Part shown: positions 1-12,800 of the stretch, piece by piece
Position numbering within the stretch: position 1 is the stretch's first letter
Layout of the letters: every line of letters begins with the position of its first letter
Assembly: GCA_028826165.1 (NCBI GenBank)
Contig: JAPDFW010000088.1
Span: 186,001-250,000, forward strand
Reading direction: 5' to 3'
DNA: 64,000 nt
Source: Anaeramoeba ignava BMAN
Lineage: Eukaryota; Protista; Anaeramoebae
The notes under the pieces: generated by a model
Told to the model about the DNA's origin: nothing
Databases searched by the model: none
The model's input: only the letters and a program-made list of their open reading frames with translations
Program-made: the position numbers and the translations under genes

Positions 1-3000
1 AACAGCGGACGTGAAACCCATTGTTTAAACAATCTCTTTCCAACACCAGTTACACACTGGTTGAGTATATTGAAAAGGGTTCCATCTTCTCCGCCGTCGG
101 TTGTGTTTTGAAACACTTCCAAATTGATTAAAGTTTGTGCATCCATTACCAAAAATTTTGCATTTTCAACAATACTGTCATAACTAATTTTGCCAAGTGA
201 TAAAATGTGTTCATCCAATTTCAAAGTTTTTAAATATGACATACAAGCTCCGAATGCTGATAAAAGTAATTTTTCAGAGCGTTGGATTGCTAATTTCAAG
301 CAAGAAGGAAAAGATTTTTTGTTTCCATTTAAATTTTCATTTTCATTTTCATTTTCATTTAAATTTTCGTCTTCAATCAAATTTTCATTTGAATCAAAAT
401 TTTCATTTTCTGAAAACTGATCTTGTAAATAATCCACAGTCTTTCCTGCAGACCAAAAATGTGTTGGTTTTAAATAATTGATTAAAGGATGAGCAATTGC
501 TCTCTTTATCATTGTGATCAATTGGGAACTACAAACACCTTTTTCAACCAAAAATTCTTGAGGTTTAATTTGATACAAAAGAGTTTCAAATTTGCTTCTG
601 TAAATATCATCATCAAACTCAGCAACATTGAAACTGGATGTTGATGTATCCACAAAACAAATACCAAAACGAATCCTCATTGTTTTTGGATCAATTGATT
701 CCTTCACTGAAAGTAAATAAGTTGAATTTTGAGTCGAAATCAATCCTTCATCGACAAGTGTTCCAATTGTTAAAACTTGCTTCAATTCTCTTTTCAAAAT
801 ATTTCTTTTTTTCCCACTTTGTTTTTTGGGTGTGTTTTTCTTCTCCATTTGTCTTGCAATGTCTGTTTCTGTCTGTTCAACTCTTCCAACTTTGAATCCG
901 CTTGCAACAAATTTCGAAATCCAAAAATCAACAGTTGCTTCAGGAACTCCTGCCATTTTCATTCCTCTTCCTCGAGTGAGTTTTAAATCAAATAAATCAT
1001 GTCCAATTTGAGCATCTCTTAAAAAATATCAATATTAAAAATGAAATCAATAATAAATTAAAATAAATATTAAATTAAACTAAATATTAAATTAAAATCA
1101 ATATTAAATTAAAATAAATATTAAATTAAACTAAATATTAAATTAAAATCAATATTAAATTAAAATAAATATTAAATTAAAATCAATATTAAATTAAAAT
1201 CAATATTAAATTAAAATAAATATTAAATTAAAATCAATATTAAATTAAAATAAATATTAAATTAAAATCAATATTAAATTAAAATCAATATTAAATTAAA
1301 ATAAATATTAAATTAAAATCAATAATAAATTAAAATCAATATTAAATTAAAACTCAATATTAAATTAAACTAAATATTAAATTAAAATCAATATTAAATT
1401 AAAATAAATATTAAATTAAAATCAATATTAAATTGAAACCAATATTAAAAATGAAATAAATATTAAATTAAAATCAATATTAAATTAAAATAAATATTAA
1501 ATTAAAATCAATATTAAATTAAAATCAATATTAAATTAAAATAAATATTAAATTGAAATAAATATTAAATTAAAATAAATATTAAATTAAAATCAATATT
1601 AAAATAAAATAAATATTAAATTAAAATAAATATTAAATTAAAAATCAATATTAAATTAAAATCAATAATAAATTAAAATCAATATTAAATTGAAATCAAT
1701 ATTAAATTAAAATAAATATTAAATTGAAATCAATAATAAATTAAAATAAATATTAAATTAAAATCAATATTAAATTAAAATAAATATTAAATTAAAATAA
1801 ATATTAAATTAAAAATTAAAATTAAAATCAATATTAAATTAAAATAAATATTAAATTGAAATCAATAATAAATTAAAATAAATATTAAATTAAAATCAAT
1901 ATTAAATTAAAATCAATATTAAATTAAAATAAATATTAAATTAAAATAAATATTAAATTAAAATCAATATTAAATTAAAATAAATATTAAATTAAAATCA
2001 ATATTAAATTGAAATAAATATTAAATTAAAATCAATATTAAATTAAAATAAATATTAAATTAAAATAAATATTAAATTAAAATAAATATTAAATTAAAAT
2101 AAATATTAAATTAAAATAAATATTAAATTAAAATAAATATTAAATTAAAATCAATATTAAATTAAAACAAATATTAAATTAAACCCAATGATTACATTTC
2201 ATATAATTCCTAATTTAAAAATGAAATAAAAAGTGTAAAATGTGAATAAATTTTTTTTTTTCTTGTTTTGATTTGAAAAATTTGATTTTTTTTACATAAA
2301 ATTTTCCCTTTTTAAAGAAAATCAAAGTATCAAAATGATCTCTTTTGATTTCCCAATATTGCTGTTCAAAAGATGTCATTTTTTGAAAAGATTCAGTTGG
2401 AATGTAAATCGTTGATGAATCATAACCTTCTTCATGAGGTCTTTTTCCATTTTTGTCTTTGATATCCTTTAAAAAATCATAAATTTCTGATTCAGAATTG
2501 TGAATGTTTGATTCAATTTTTTCTTTTTCTTTTTGTTGAACAATTTGGCGTTTAATTTTGAATTTTTTAAGTTTTTTATTATCCAAATTTTGATTTGAAT
2601 ATTTATTTGAATTTTGATTTAAATTTTGAGTTAAATTTTGATTTGAATATTTATTTAAATTTTGAGTTAAATTTTGATTTGAATTTTGATTTGAATTTTG
2701 AGTTAAATTTTGAGTTAAATTTTGATTTGAATTTTGAGTTAAATTTTGAGTTAAATTTTGATTTGAATTTTGATTTGAATTTTGAGTTAAATTTTGATTT
2801 GAATTTTGAGTTAAATTTTGATTTGAATTTGCAAATGAATTGATATGATTTTGGCTTTCTGATGAAATATTAAATCCGAAAGAATAAGGATAAGAAATTA
2901 TATTTGAATTAAATCCATATAATTTTTTTGGAGATTCTTGATTTGCAATTTTGGTATTTTCTGAATTTTGATCAAATTGGGAAGATTTTTGAGGGTTAGA

Positions 3001-3372
3001 AATAGTTGCTTGAGAAATTTTAAATTGAGAATTTTGAGTATTTTGAGTATTAGATAAATTTTGTAAATTTTGAGTATTAGATAAATTTTGTAAATTTTGA
3101 ATATTTTGAGTATTAGATAAATTTTGTAAATTTTGAATATTTTGAGTATTTGATAAATTTTGAGTATTTGATAAATTTTGAGTATTTGATAAAATTTGTA
3201 AATTTTGAGTATTTTGAGTATTAGATAAATTTTGTAAATTTTGTAAATTTTGAGTATTTGATAAATTTTGTTGTGTTTTTCGTGGTGAAATTGATATATA
3301 TTCAGAAATAGATTTTTGTGTTCCTTTTTGTGATGATTTTTGTCCTGAACCATAAATGTGTCGGTTAAACAT
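1..3372 (-). CDS. MSH6: DNA mismatch repair protein MSH6 (5' part; runs off the left edge)
   Basis: Exon 3372-2296 gives an NQ-rich N-terminus, then IKDKNGKRPHEEGYDSSTIYIP...FEQQYWEIKRDHFDTLIFFKKGKFY. A 14-nt micro-exon at 2209-2196 and exon 1017-1 continue ELYEIDAQIGH...MAGVPE...GFKVGRVEQTET...FGICFVDTS...MDAQTLINLEVF...GKRLFKQWVSRPL, typical of MutS domains I-III of MSH6. The frame stays open upstream of 3372, so the true ATG may be at 3514 given a 1-nt indel. Confidence 0.93.
1021..2183. repeat. Intronic ~19-nt AT-rich tandem repeat (TATTAAATTAAAATCAA/TAAA) filling MSH6 intron 2
   Basis: Visible degenerate tandem array between the predicted splice sites. Confidence 0.9.
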
Positions 3373-3599
3373 TGGAAAAAAATTATTGCGATTTTGTTGT
3401 GTTTTTGGCGAATTTAATAAATATGTTGAATTTTGTTGGCTTTGATTTGGTTGTGTTGGTTGGGTTGGTTGTGTATTTTGTGTATTTATTAATGGATTAT
3501 TTGGATCTTTGCATTTTTATTTTTTATGAATGAAAAAATGAAAAAAATGAAAAAAAAATTTTCATCTTTTATACTTTCTTTTTTCACTCTTTTTTTCTT

Positions 3600-4230
3600 A
3601 ATTAAAATTTAATCAAAAAATTAAATTAAAACAAATAAGATAATTAAATAGAATATTTATAAAATAATAAATATAAATTAAAATAAATATAAATTTAAAT
3701 AAATATAAATTAATTTTTAAGTTAAAATTTTAATTAAAAAAAAGTGGAATAAAATGTAAATTAATATAAAATTTAATCAAAAAATTAAATTAAAACAAAT
3801 AAGATAATTAAATAGAATATTTATAAAATAATGTAAATTAAAATCAATATAAATTAAAATAAATATAAATTAATTATTAAGTTAAAATTTTAATTAAAAA
3901 GTGGAATAAAATATAAATTAATATAAAATTTAATCAAAAATTAAATTAAAACAAATAAGATAATTAAATAGAATATTTATAAAATAATAAATATAAATTA
4001 AAATAAATATAAATTTAAAATAAATATAAATTAATTATTAAGTTAAAATTTTAATTAAAAAAAGTGGAATAAAATGTAAATTAATATAAAATTTAATCAA
4101 AAAATTAAATTAAAACAAATAAAATAATTAAATAGAATATTTATAAAATAATAAATATAAATTAAAATAAATATAAATTAAAATAAATATAAATTAATTA
4201 TTAAGTTAAAATTTTAATTAAAAAAAAAAG
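3600..4230. repeat. ~180-bp tandem units containing AAAAGTGGAATAAAA upstream of tRNA-Phe
   Basis: The unit AATTAAATTAAAACAAATAAGATAATTAAATAGAATATTTATAAAATAAT...AAGTGGAATAAAA repeats 3-4 times. The same units occur at about 9040-9320 and, inverted, at about 28350-29380. Confidence 0.8.
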
Positions 4231-4322
4231 AAAAAAAAAATTTATTTTAAATAATAAATATAAAAGATATAAATTTTAAAAAAAAAAAATAAGAAGAAAA
4301 AAAAAAATAATTAAATATATAA

Positions 4323-4397
4323 GGGGGTGTGGCGCAGTCTTGGGAGCGCATTACACTGAAGATGTAAGGGTCGTGTGTTCAATCCACACCACTCCCA
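4323..4397 (+). tRNA. trnF-GAA: tRNA-Phe (GAA), copy 1
   Basis: Cloverleaf: acceptor GGGGGTG/CACTCCC, D stem GCGC/GCGC, anticodon stem TTACA/TGTAA with loop CTGAAGA, T stem GTGTG/CACAC with loop TTCAATC, discriminator A, then a T-run (Pol III terminator). Confidence 0.96.
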
Positions 4398-4749
4398 TTT
4401 ATTTTTTTTTTATTCTTTTTTTCTTTTTTTAATTTATTTTTTTCTTTTTGATTTAAATTGGAATAAAATAAATAAATATAAATTAAATAATAAAAAGTGG
4501 AATAAAATTAATAAATAAAATTAATAATAAAAAGTGGAATAAAATTAATAAATATTTTTTAAATAAAATAAATAATAAAATTAATTAATAAAATATAATA
4601 AAAAAGTGGAATGAAATTAATAAATATTTTCTAAATAAATTAAATATGAAATTAATAAATAAAATAAATAATAAAAAAGTGGAATAAAATTAATAAATAT
4701 TTTTTAAATAAATTAAAAATAAAATTAATAAATAAAAAGAAGGAAATTC

Positions 4750-7700
4750 AATTTAAACAAAGTTTTTTTTGAGATAGAATTTTTAGAAAGAAAAAGATTA
4801 AAGATTTTTCTTTCGAATTTTAGTTTTGGATTTTTATTTATTCTGTTAGAAATTGTGATCTTTAATAGAATTTGAATTTGAAATTGAAATTGAATTTGAA
4901 TTTGAAATTGAAATTGAATTTGAATTTGATTTTGAATTTGAATTTGAATTTGATTTTGATTTAGATTTTGATTTTGAATTTGATTTTGATTTTGATTTTG
5001 ATTTTGAAATTGAATTTGAAATTGAATTTGATTTTGAATTTGAATTTGAATTTGATTTTGATTTTGATTTTGATTTTGAATTTGAATTTGATTTTGATTT
5101 TGAATTTGATTTTGAATTTGAATTTGATTTTGATTTTGATTTTGAATTTGAATTTGATTTTGATTTTGAATTTGATTTTGATTTTGAATTTGAATTTGAA
5201 ATTGAATTTGAATTTGAATTTGAATTTGATTTAGATTTTGATTTTGAATTTGATTTTGATTTTGAATTTGAATTTGATTTTGATTTTAATTTTAATTTTG
5301 ATTTTGATTTTGATTTTGAATTTGATTTTGATTTTTAATTTGATTTTGGTTTTTAATTTGATTTATATTTTGATTTTGATTTTGAATTAAATTTATATTT
5401 TGATTTTGATTTAGAATTTGATTTTGATTTTGATTTTGATTTTGATTTTGGTTTTGAATTTGATTTTGATTTTGATTTTGATTTTGATTTTGATTTTGAT
5501 TTTGATTTTGATTTTGATTTTGATTTTGATTTTGATTTTGATTTTGATTTTGATTTTGATTTTGATTTTGATTTTGATTTTGATTTTGATTTTGAATTTG
5601 ATTTTGATTTTGATTTTGATTTTGATTTTGAATTTGAATTTGATTTTGATTTTGATTTTGATTTTGATTTTGAATTTGATTTTGATTTTGATTTTGATTT
5701 TGATTTTGATTTTGATTTTGATTTTGATTTTGATTTTGATTTTGATTTTGATTTTGAATTTGAATTTGATTTTGATTTTGATTTTGATTTTGAATTTGAT
5801 TTTGAATTTGAATTTGAATTTGAATTTGAATTTGAATTTGATTTTGATTTTGATTTTGAATTTGATTTTGATTTTGAATTAAATTTATATTTTGATTTTG
5901 ATTTTGATTTATATTTTGATTTTGATTTTGAATTAAATTTATATTTTGATTTTGATTTAGAATTTGATTTTGAATTTGATTTTGATTTTGAATTTGATTT
6001 TGATTTTGAATTTGATTTTGAATTTGAATTTGATTTTGATTTTGATTTTGATTTTGATTTTGATTTTGATTTTGATTTTGGATTTTGAATTTGATTTTGA
6101 TTTTGAATTTGAATTTGAATTTGAATTTGATTTTGAATTTGATTTTGAATTTGATTTTGAATTTGATTTTGATTTTGATTTTGATTTTGATTTTGATTTT
6201 GATTTTGATTTTGATTTTGATTTTGAATTTGATTTTGATTTTGATTTTGATTTTGATTTTGAATTTGATTTTGATTTTGAATTTGAATTTGATTTTGAAT
6301 TTGAATTTGATTTTGATTTTGATTTTGATTTTGATTTTGATTTTGATTTTGATTTTGGTTTTGATTTTAATTTTAAATTTGATTTTGATTTTGATTTTGA
6401 ATTTGAATTTGAATTTGAATTTGATTTTGAATTTGAATTTGAATTTGATTTTGAATTTGAATTTGATTTTGATTTTGATTTTAATTTTGATTTTGATTTT
6501 TAATTTGATTTTGATTTTTAATTTGAATTTGAATTTGATTTTGAATTTGATTTTGATTTTGATTTTGAATTTGATTTTGATTTTGAATTTGATTTTGAAT
6601 TTGATTTTGATTTTGATTTTGAATTTGATTTTGATTTTGAATTTGATTTTGAATTTGATTTTGAATTTGATTTTGATTTTGATTTTGATTTTGATTTTGA
6701 TTTTGATTTTGATTTTGATTTTGATTTTGAATTTGATTTTGATTTTGAATTTGATTTTGATTTTGAATTTGAATTTGTATCTTCAAAAAGAAAATCATTT
6801 TGAGATTTAAAGCATTCAAAGAAAGTATTTTCAAAATCTCCAAAATATTTCAAAATTTCATTTTTTGGATAAGAAATAAAATAATTTTTGAAATCTTCAA
6901 GTTTCACACCTTCTTCTTGTTCTTTTTTAGTTATTGGTAATTCTTGAAATATTTCATGAACTTTAGATATTATATTTTGTTCATAAATTAATTCTTTGAT
7001 TTGAAATTCAATGCTATTCATTTCATGTTTAGATAAATTGCTTATATCTTTTTCTTGTTTTTTGTAAGAAAGCCAAAATTGTAAAAAAAATGTAACATTT
7101 AAAATTTGTTCGAAAGCTTCATATAATTCATTTCGATCAAGAAATTCATTATCATCTCTTTTAAATTTGTATTTTTAAAATTTTTGGATTTTAAATTAAT
7201 TTTTTTTTAATTTTTTTTTGGATTTTTGAAATAATAATTTACGTATCATAAATCTTAAAAAATTTTACTGCTTTTTCTCTAATTGATGTTTTTTTAAAGT
7301 TATTCAAAGCTTCAATTAAAGTTATTGATTTATTTTCATATTGTTTATCATTTCTAATTTTTAATTTGAAAAATATAAATATAAATATAAATATAAATAT
7401 AATTATAATTATAAATATAAATATAAATATAATTATAATTATAAATATAAATATAAATATAAATATAAATATAAATATAAATATAAATATAAATATAAAT
7501 ATAAATATTTGAAATATAATTATAAATATAAATATAAATATAAATATAAATATAAATATAAATATAAATATAAATATAAATATAAATATAAATATAAATA
7601 TAAATATAAATATAAATATAAATATAAATATAAATATAAATATAAATATAAATATAAATATAAATATAAATATTTGAAATATAAATAACAAACAATCCAA

Positions 7701-8967
7701 ATATATCTGAAACTGTTGTGAGTCTTTTATCATTCAAACAAAACATTTTTTGGATAGTATTAATAATTGATGATTGATATTTTGGTTTCTAATTTAAGAA
7801 ATATTTTCATTTTTTAAAAAATGAAATAAATTTAGATAAATAAATAAATAGATGAATTTTAAATTGATATTTCTAATTTTACTTCATTATCTTTTGAATT
7901 TTTATCTTTTGGAATAATATTTTGTGAAATTGGTTGAATAATTTGATTTGGAGATTGAGTAGAGCTGATTGTTTTTTTGAATTCTTGTAATTCTGCCCTG
8001 TGTTTAATAGTAACTTCTAAATTAAGATCTTGTTCTAATTGATCTAATAAGTTGTTTTGTTCTTCAATATCTTCAAGAAACTCAGAAGAAGATGTTAATC
8101 TTGCAAATACTCCTTTTTTAGCATATTTACTTACAGTTAAAAATAATTCTTTCAATATTTCCAAAAAATTTGTTAAATTTATAAATTTTTTGCTTTGATT
8201 TTGATTTTGATTTTGATTTTGATTTTGATTTTGATTTTGATTTTGAATTTGATTTTGATTTTGATTTTGAATTTGATTTTGATTTTGATTTTGATTTTGA
8301 TTTTGATTTTCATTTTGATTTTGAATTTGATTTTGAATTTGATTTTGATTTTGATCATTTTCAAATTTTGTAATTTGATTTTGAATTTGATCTTCAATTA
8401 AAAATTGATAAAAAACACTTATAATAATTTGATAGTAATTTTTTTGTTTTTCTTTTTGTTTTTCTTGTTTTTTTGATAAGTTTTGATTTAAATTTATTTG
8501 TTGTTCCTGCTTTTGATTTTGAATTAATATATCAAGATAAGCTTTTTTAAAACTTATTTGGAAAAATTTGAATTTTGTTTGAACTAATTCTCTTTTTTTA
8601 TTATTTAAACTGGTTTTATTCATTTCTTCTTTTAACCTATCGCAATTTATTTTAAAACGATCTTTTTGGTTTTCACTTAATTCTGCTTGTGGAATTATTT
8701 GCATTTGAGGAAATACTATTATTTTTTTTTTAATAAACAAAATTAATTAAAATAAAAACAAAAAAAAAATTAAATAAAAAAATTTTTTTTCCTTTTTTTT
8801 CCTTTTTTTTTTTGCTTTTTTTTTTTACAGAATTGTATTGTTTTTGTTAATCTATCTATTCTTCCAAGAAATTGAATAACTATTTTTCCTGCTTTTGTTT
8901 TGTTATCAAATTGTTCTTTAAACCATTTTATTGCATCAATAATAAGTTCAATTAAATCTGTTTCCAT
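4750..8967 (-). CDS. Short paralog A1: MLKL-like four-helix bundle, NCS/calcineurin-B-like EF-hand domain, Ser/Lys/Asn microsatellite tail
   Basis: Predicted exons 8967-8829, 8715-7883, 7788-7694, 7353-7243 and 7157 onward, with consistent phases. [23 protein letters not shown]...LGRIDRL and [50 protein letters not shown]; EF-hand loop [12 protein letters not shown] forms across a splice junction. The 3' end is uncertain because it runs into repeat. Confidence 0.6.
4870..6775. repeat. (GATTTT/GAATTT)n hexamer microsatellite, about 1.9 kb
   Basis: Directly visible; the inverted counterpart (AAAATC/AAATTC)n is at about 31840-32930. Confidence 0.95.
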
Positions 8968-9417
8968 TTTTATTTTTGTAAATAAAAAAATGAAAAAAAA
9001 AATGTGGATTTGTTTTGCTTTTTTTCTATTTAGGAAAAATTAAATTAAAACAAATAAAATAATTAAATAGAATATTTATAAAATAATAAATATAAATTAA
9101 AATAAATATAATTTAAATAAATATAAATTAATTATTAAGTTAAAATTTTAATTAAAAAAAGTGGAATAAAATATAAATTAATATAAAATTTAATCAAAAA
9201 ATTAAATTAAAACAAATAAAATAATTAAATAGAATATTTATAAAATAATAAATATAAATTAAAATCAATATAAATTAAAATAAATATAAATTAATTTTTA
9301 AGTTAAAATTTTAATTAAAAAAAAAAGAAAAAAAAAATTTATTTTAAATAATAAATATAAAAGATATAAATTTTAAAAAAAAAATAAGAAGAAAAAAAAA
9401 AATAATTAAATATATAA

Positions 9418-9492
9418 GGGGGTGTGGCGCAGTCTTGGGAGCGCATTACACTGAAGATGTAAGGGTCGTGTGTTCAATCCACACCACTCCCA
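9418..9492 (+). tRNA. trnF-GAA: tRNA-Phe (GAA), copy 2
   Basis: Same sequence as 4323-4397, with the same flanks. Confidence 0.96.
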
Positions 9493-9872
9493 TTTATTTT
9501 TTTTTTATTCTTTTTTTCTTTTTTTAATTTATTTTTTTCTTTTTGATTTAAATTGGAATAAAATTAATAAATATAAAATAAATAATAAAAAAGTGGAATA
9601 AAATTAATAAATATTTTTTAAATAAATTAAAAATGAAATTAATAAATAAAATAAATAATAAAAAAGTGGAATGAAATTAATAAATATTTTTTAAATAAAT
9701 TAAAAATAAATTAATAAAAAAATTTGTTTTGTTTTTTTTTTGAATTATTGAAAAGAATTGAAAAAAAAGAATTGAAAAGAATTGAAAAAAAAAGAATTGA
9801 AAAGAATTGAAAAGAAAAGAAAGAAAAGAAAAGAAAAGAATTGAAAAAAAAGAAAGAAAGAATTGAAAAAAA

Positions 9873-12800
9873 TTATCTGATGTTATGTAATCGATATTTA
9901 ATTTCATATTCTGGATAATATGAAAATTGTTCAAAAACGAAATATTGTGTGTATCTTGATTTCATTTCTTTGTTAGAAACTTCAATAATAATTGAATTAT
10001 AGTTTTTCATTTTTTCATAATCAAATTTCTCGTTTTGATTCATTCGATAAAATCTTCCTAAACAAACTCGATAAATATAAATAGTATGAAGTCCACTTTC
10101 AATATCAACTGTTGAATATTCATGAGCAATAGGGAAATTTTCAAAAAAATGTTTAGAATTGGGAATGTTGAAATTTTTAAATTCTGGTAATTGTTCATTT
10201 AAAATTCCTTCAATTACTGAACATGAATCAAATCTTTTTCCTGAAAATAAGTAACATTCATTAATACTGTTTAAATCTAATTTATCTGTTGTTTTTAATT
10301 GAATAATTTCATCTTTTTGTATTATATCTCTTGTTGAAAATACTTGTTTTTTATATCTTGAATAAAGTGAATAAAGTGTAATATCTTTGTTTTGTTTAAC
10401 TTCAATAATATCAATATTTGGTGTAATAAATGTTTCTGTTGAACAATATGATAAATCTATTAATTTGCTGATTTTATCATAAGAATAATCATAATTGTGA
10501 ACATTTTGTCCATAACAAATTCGTTTAAAACGTGGAAGTATGGATTTGATTCTTAATTCGAAACTTTTTGGGATTGGAGAATATTCATGAAAAAATGAAA
10601 ATTCTAATAATCTTAAAGGTGTTAAAGAATATTCTTTTTTTTGTTGTATAAATTTTTTATATTCTTCTTCAGGAAATAATATTTCTCTTAATTCATTTAA
10701 TTTTGTATCTTGGAAAATTTTGAGAAATTTGTTCATATCTTGATTAACTAATCCTTGGGTTTCTTTAATAGCATCACCAATATAAACAAATTTTTCTTCT
10801 TTGAAAAAAAGTTGTGTGAAAATTGCATTATTTCTTTTTGTTGAAATGAGAATTGAAGAAAGTGGTATTGTTTGTAAATTATCTGAGAAAAATAAATTTT
10901 TGGAATGAAGATAATGAATTCCAAGAAGTAATTGTTTAATAAATTCAATAAATTGTAAATATGAAAAATTTGGTGATGAAATGTAATCTTTGAGTGTTCC
11001 TTCATATTTATTTTTGAATTGAATGATATAACTTTTATGTTGTTTATCTTCTTCTACTTCATAATAACATTTCAATTTTCCGATTGAGGATTGATTTAAT
11101 TCAATATAAGGTAACATTTTGTTTTTGTTAATTTTCATATAAAAATATTTTTCAATTTTATTATAATAAGGAATTGGTGAATATGCTTTATCTTCTTTTA
11201 ATATTTTAGTATTAATTATTTCTTTGATTGATTCATTCATTTTAAATTTCTTCATTATATTTTGTATATTCGATTTTTAATTTCTTTTTGATTTGTTTCA
11301 TAAAAAGTTGATAATTCTCATTTCCTAATTCTTTGATTCTGGTTGATAATTTGGTTTCTTGATTTTTTTCATTTTCGGTTAATTCTTTATATTTATAGAA
11401 TAAACTAAATAGAATAAAATCTTCCCAATCTGAATATTTATTGATTTGATTCATTTCAGAAATATGATCTCGAATAATTTTATGAAATTTTTTATTTGAA
11501 AGAAATTTCTTAAGTTGATCTGGATCTTCGGAATTTAATTTTTCGAGTTTTTTAAGTAAATTAATTGAATTGATAAATCTTCGAATTATTTGAATTTGTA
11601 TGAATTGTCTTTTTGAATTTTTTTGTTCGTTATATTCTATTAAATTAGTTGGTTTTGAAATTTGATGAAATTGTTTGAATTTAATTGAAATTTCTCCAAT
11701 TTCTTGATAAATAAAATTAACTAATTCTCTTATTTGTTCTATTTTAAGATTTTTTTTTGGATCTTTTAAATATAAATATAATTTTTCTAATTTATTTAAT
11801 TTTGTGTGAATTTCTTCAAGATTTGTAACATATCTAAGTGTTGTGAAATTTTTATGAAGTTCGTCATATTGAGCTGTATCTTCCATTTTTTTCCAAAATT
11901 TTTGTATTTCTTTTTTGAATATTTTGGTTTCTCTTTCTCTTTTGGATAATAATGATTTTGAAAATGATAATGATAATAATAATGATTTTGATAATGATTT
12001 CGATAATAATGATGATTTTGATAATGATGATTTTGGTTTTTCAAATTGAATAATTTCATCAAAATGAATTTGAGAACTATTATATAAATTTTCAAGATTA
12101 TTTTTGGGTGATAAAATTTGTGGAATTTTATCAAAAAATTCAATAAGTTTTAGTTGAGATGAATTTACTGAGTTTGAATATATTTTGGGTGTAATTTCAA
12201 TTTTTTGAATTTTAGTTTCTAAAAATCTTAAATTTTTGGATATTTTGATTTTTTGTTGTGATGGTTTTGGTTTTGGGTTTAAATCTTGATATTTAGCTGG
12301 ATAATTAATACGACACCATTCATTAAGTTTGATAAATGATTCTTTTGAAGTTTTTTCATCTTCATAACTTTTATTATAATTACGTAATAAAATAAGATAT
12401 TGATATCTTAAATCTTTTTTAATATTTTCATCTTCTTCAAATTTAGGATTGTTTTCATCTCCTTTAAATATTGGATGTTGTAATGATTCTTTGGATTTTT
12501 GAGGTTGAGTATCAAAATAAAGATGAATTAATGATAAAAGATATGTGGCTTTTTGTTCTTTATCATTGGTTATTTCAATCATATTTTCCAATGCTTCAAT
12601 TTTTTCATTTAAAGATTCAACATTTTCAAAAGCATATTTGAATAAATTAAATACTTTAAAAGATTTTTTTTCATCTTTATCAATTTTTTTTTCATCTTTA
12701 TCAGTTTTTTTTTCATCTTTATCAGTTTTTTTTTCATCTTTATATAATTTTGCAAGTAATAATTTATGTCTAGATTCTTCGATTTTATCATTTTGTGATT

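Noticed and set aside
4323-4397. tRNA-Ala-like GGGGG acceptor stem with a G:U pair, suggesting an identity switch or altered code
   Set aside because: The wobble pair is G4:U69, as in yeast tRNA-Phe, not G3:U70. The anticodon arm is typical of Phe, and conserved genes translate normally with the standard code.
4968-6810. Long ORFs of ILILNL, DFDFEF, YIYI, KIKI or MKMK type here and at 14-15.5, 22, 30.6-34.4, 47.9, 50-51 and 63 kb
   Set aside because: They are stop-free readings of hexamer microsatellites in introns, or antisense and off-frame readings of QN/EN/SK tracts; there is no independent evidence of coding.
11242-11300. Overlapping stop/start suggesting two genes or programmed frameshifting between the helical region and the pseudokinase
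   Set aside because: The B2 copy reads through in one frame and the copies differ only in A/T homopolymer lengths, so consensus error is more likely.
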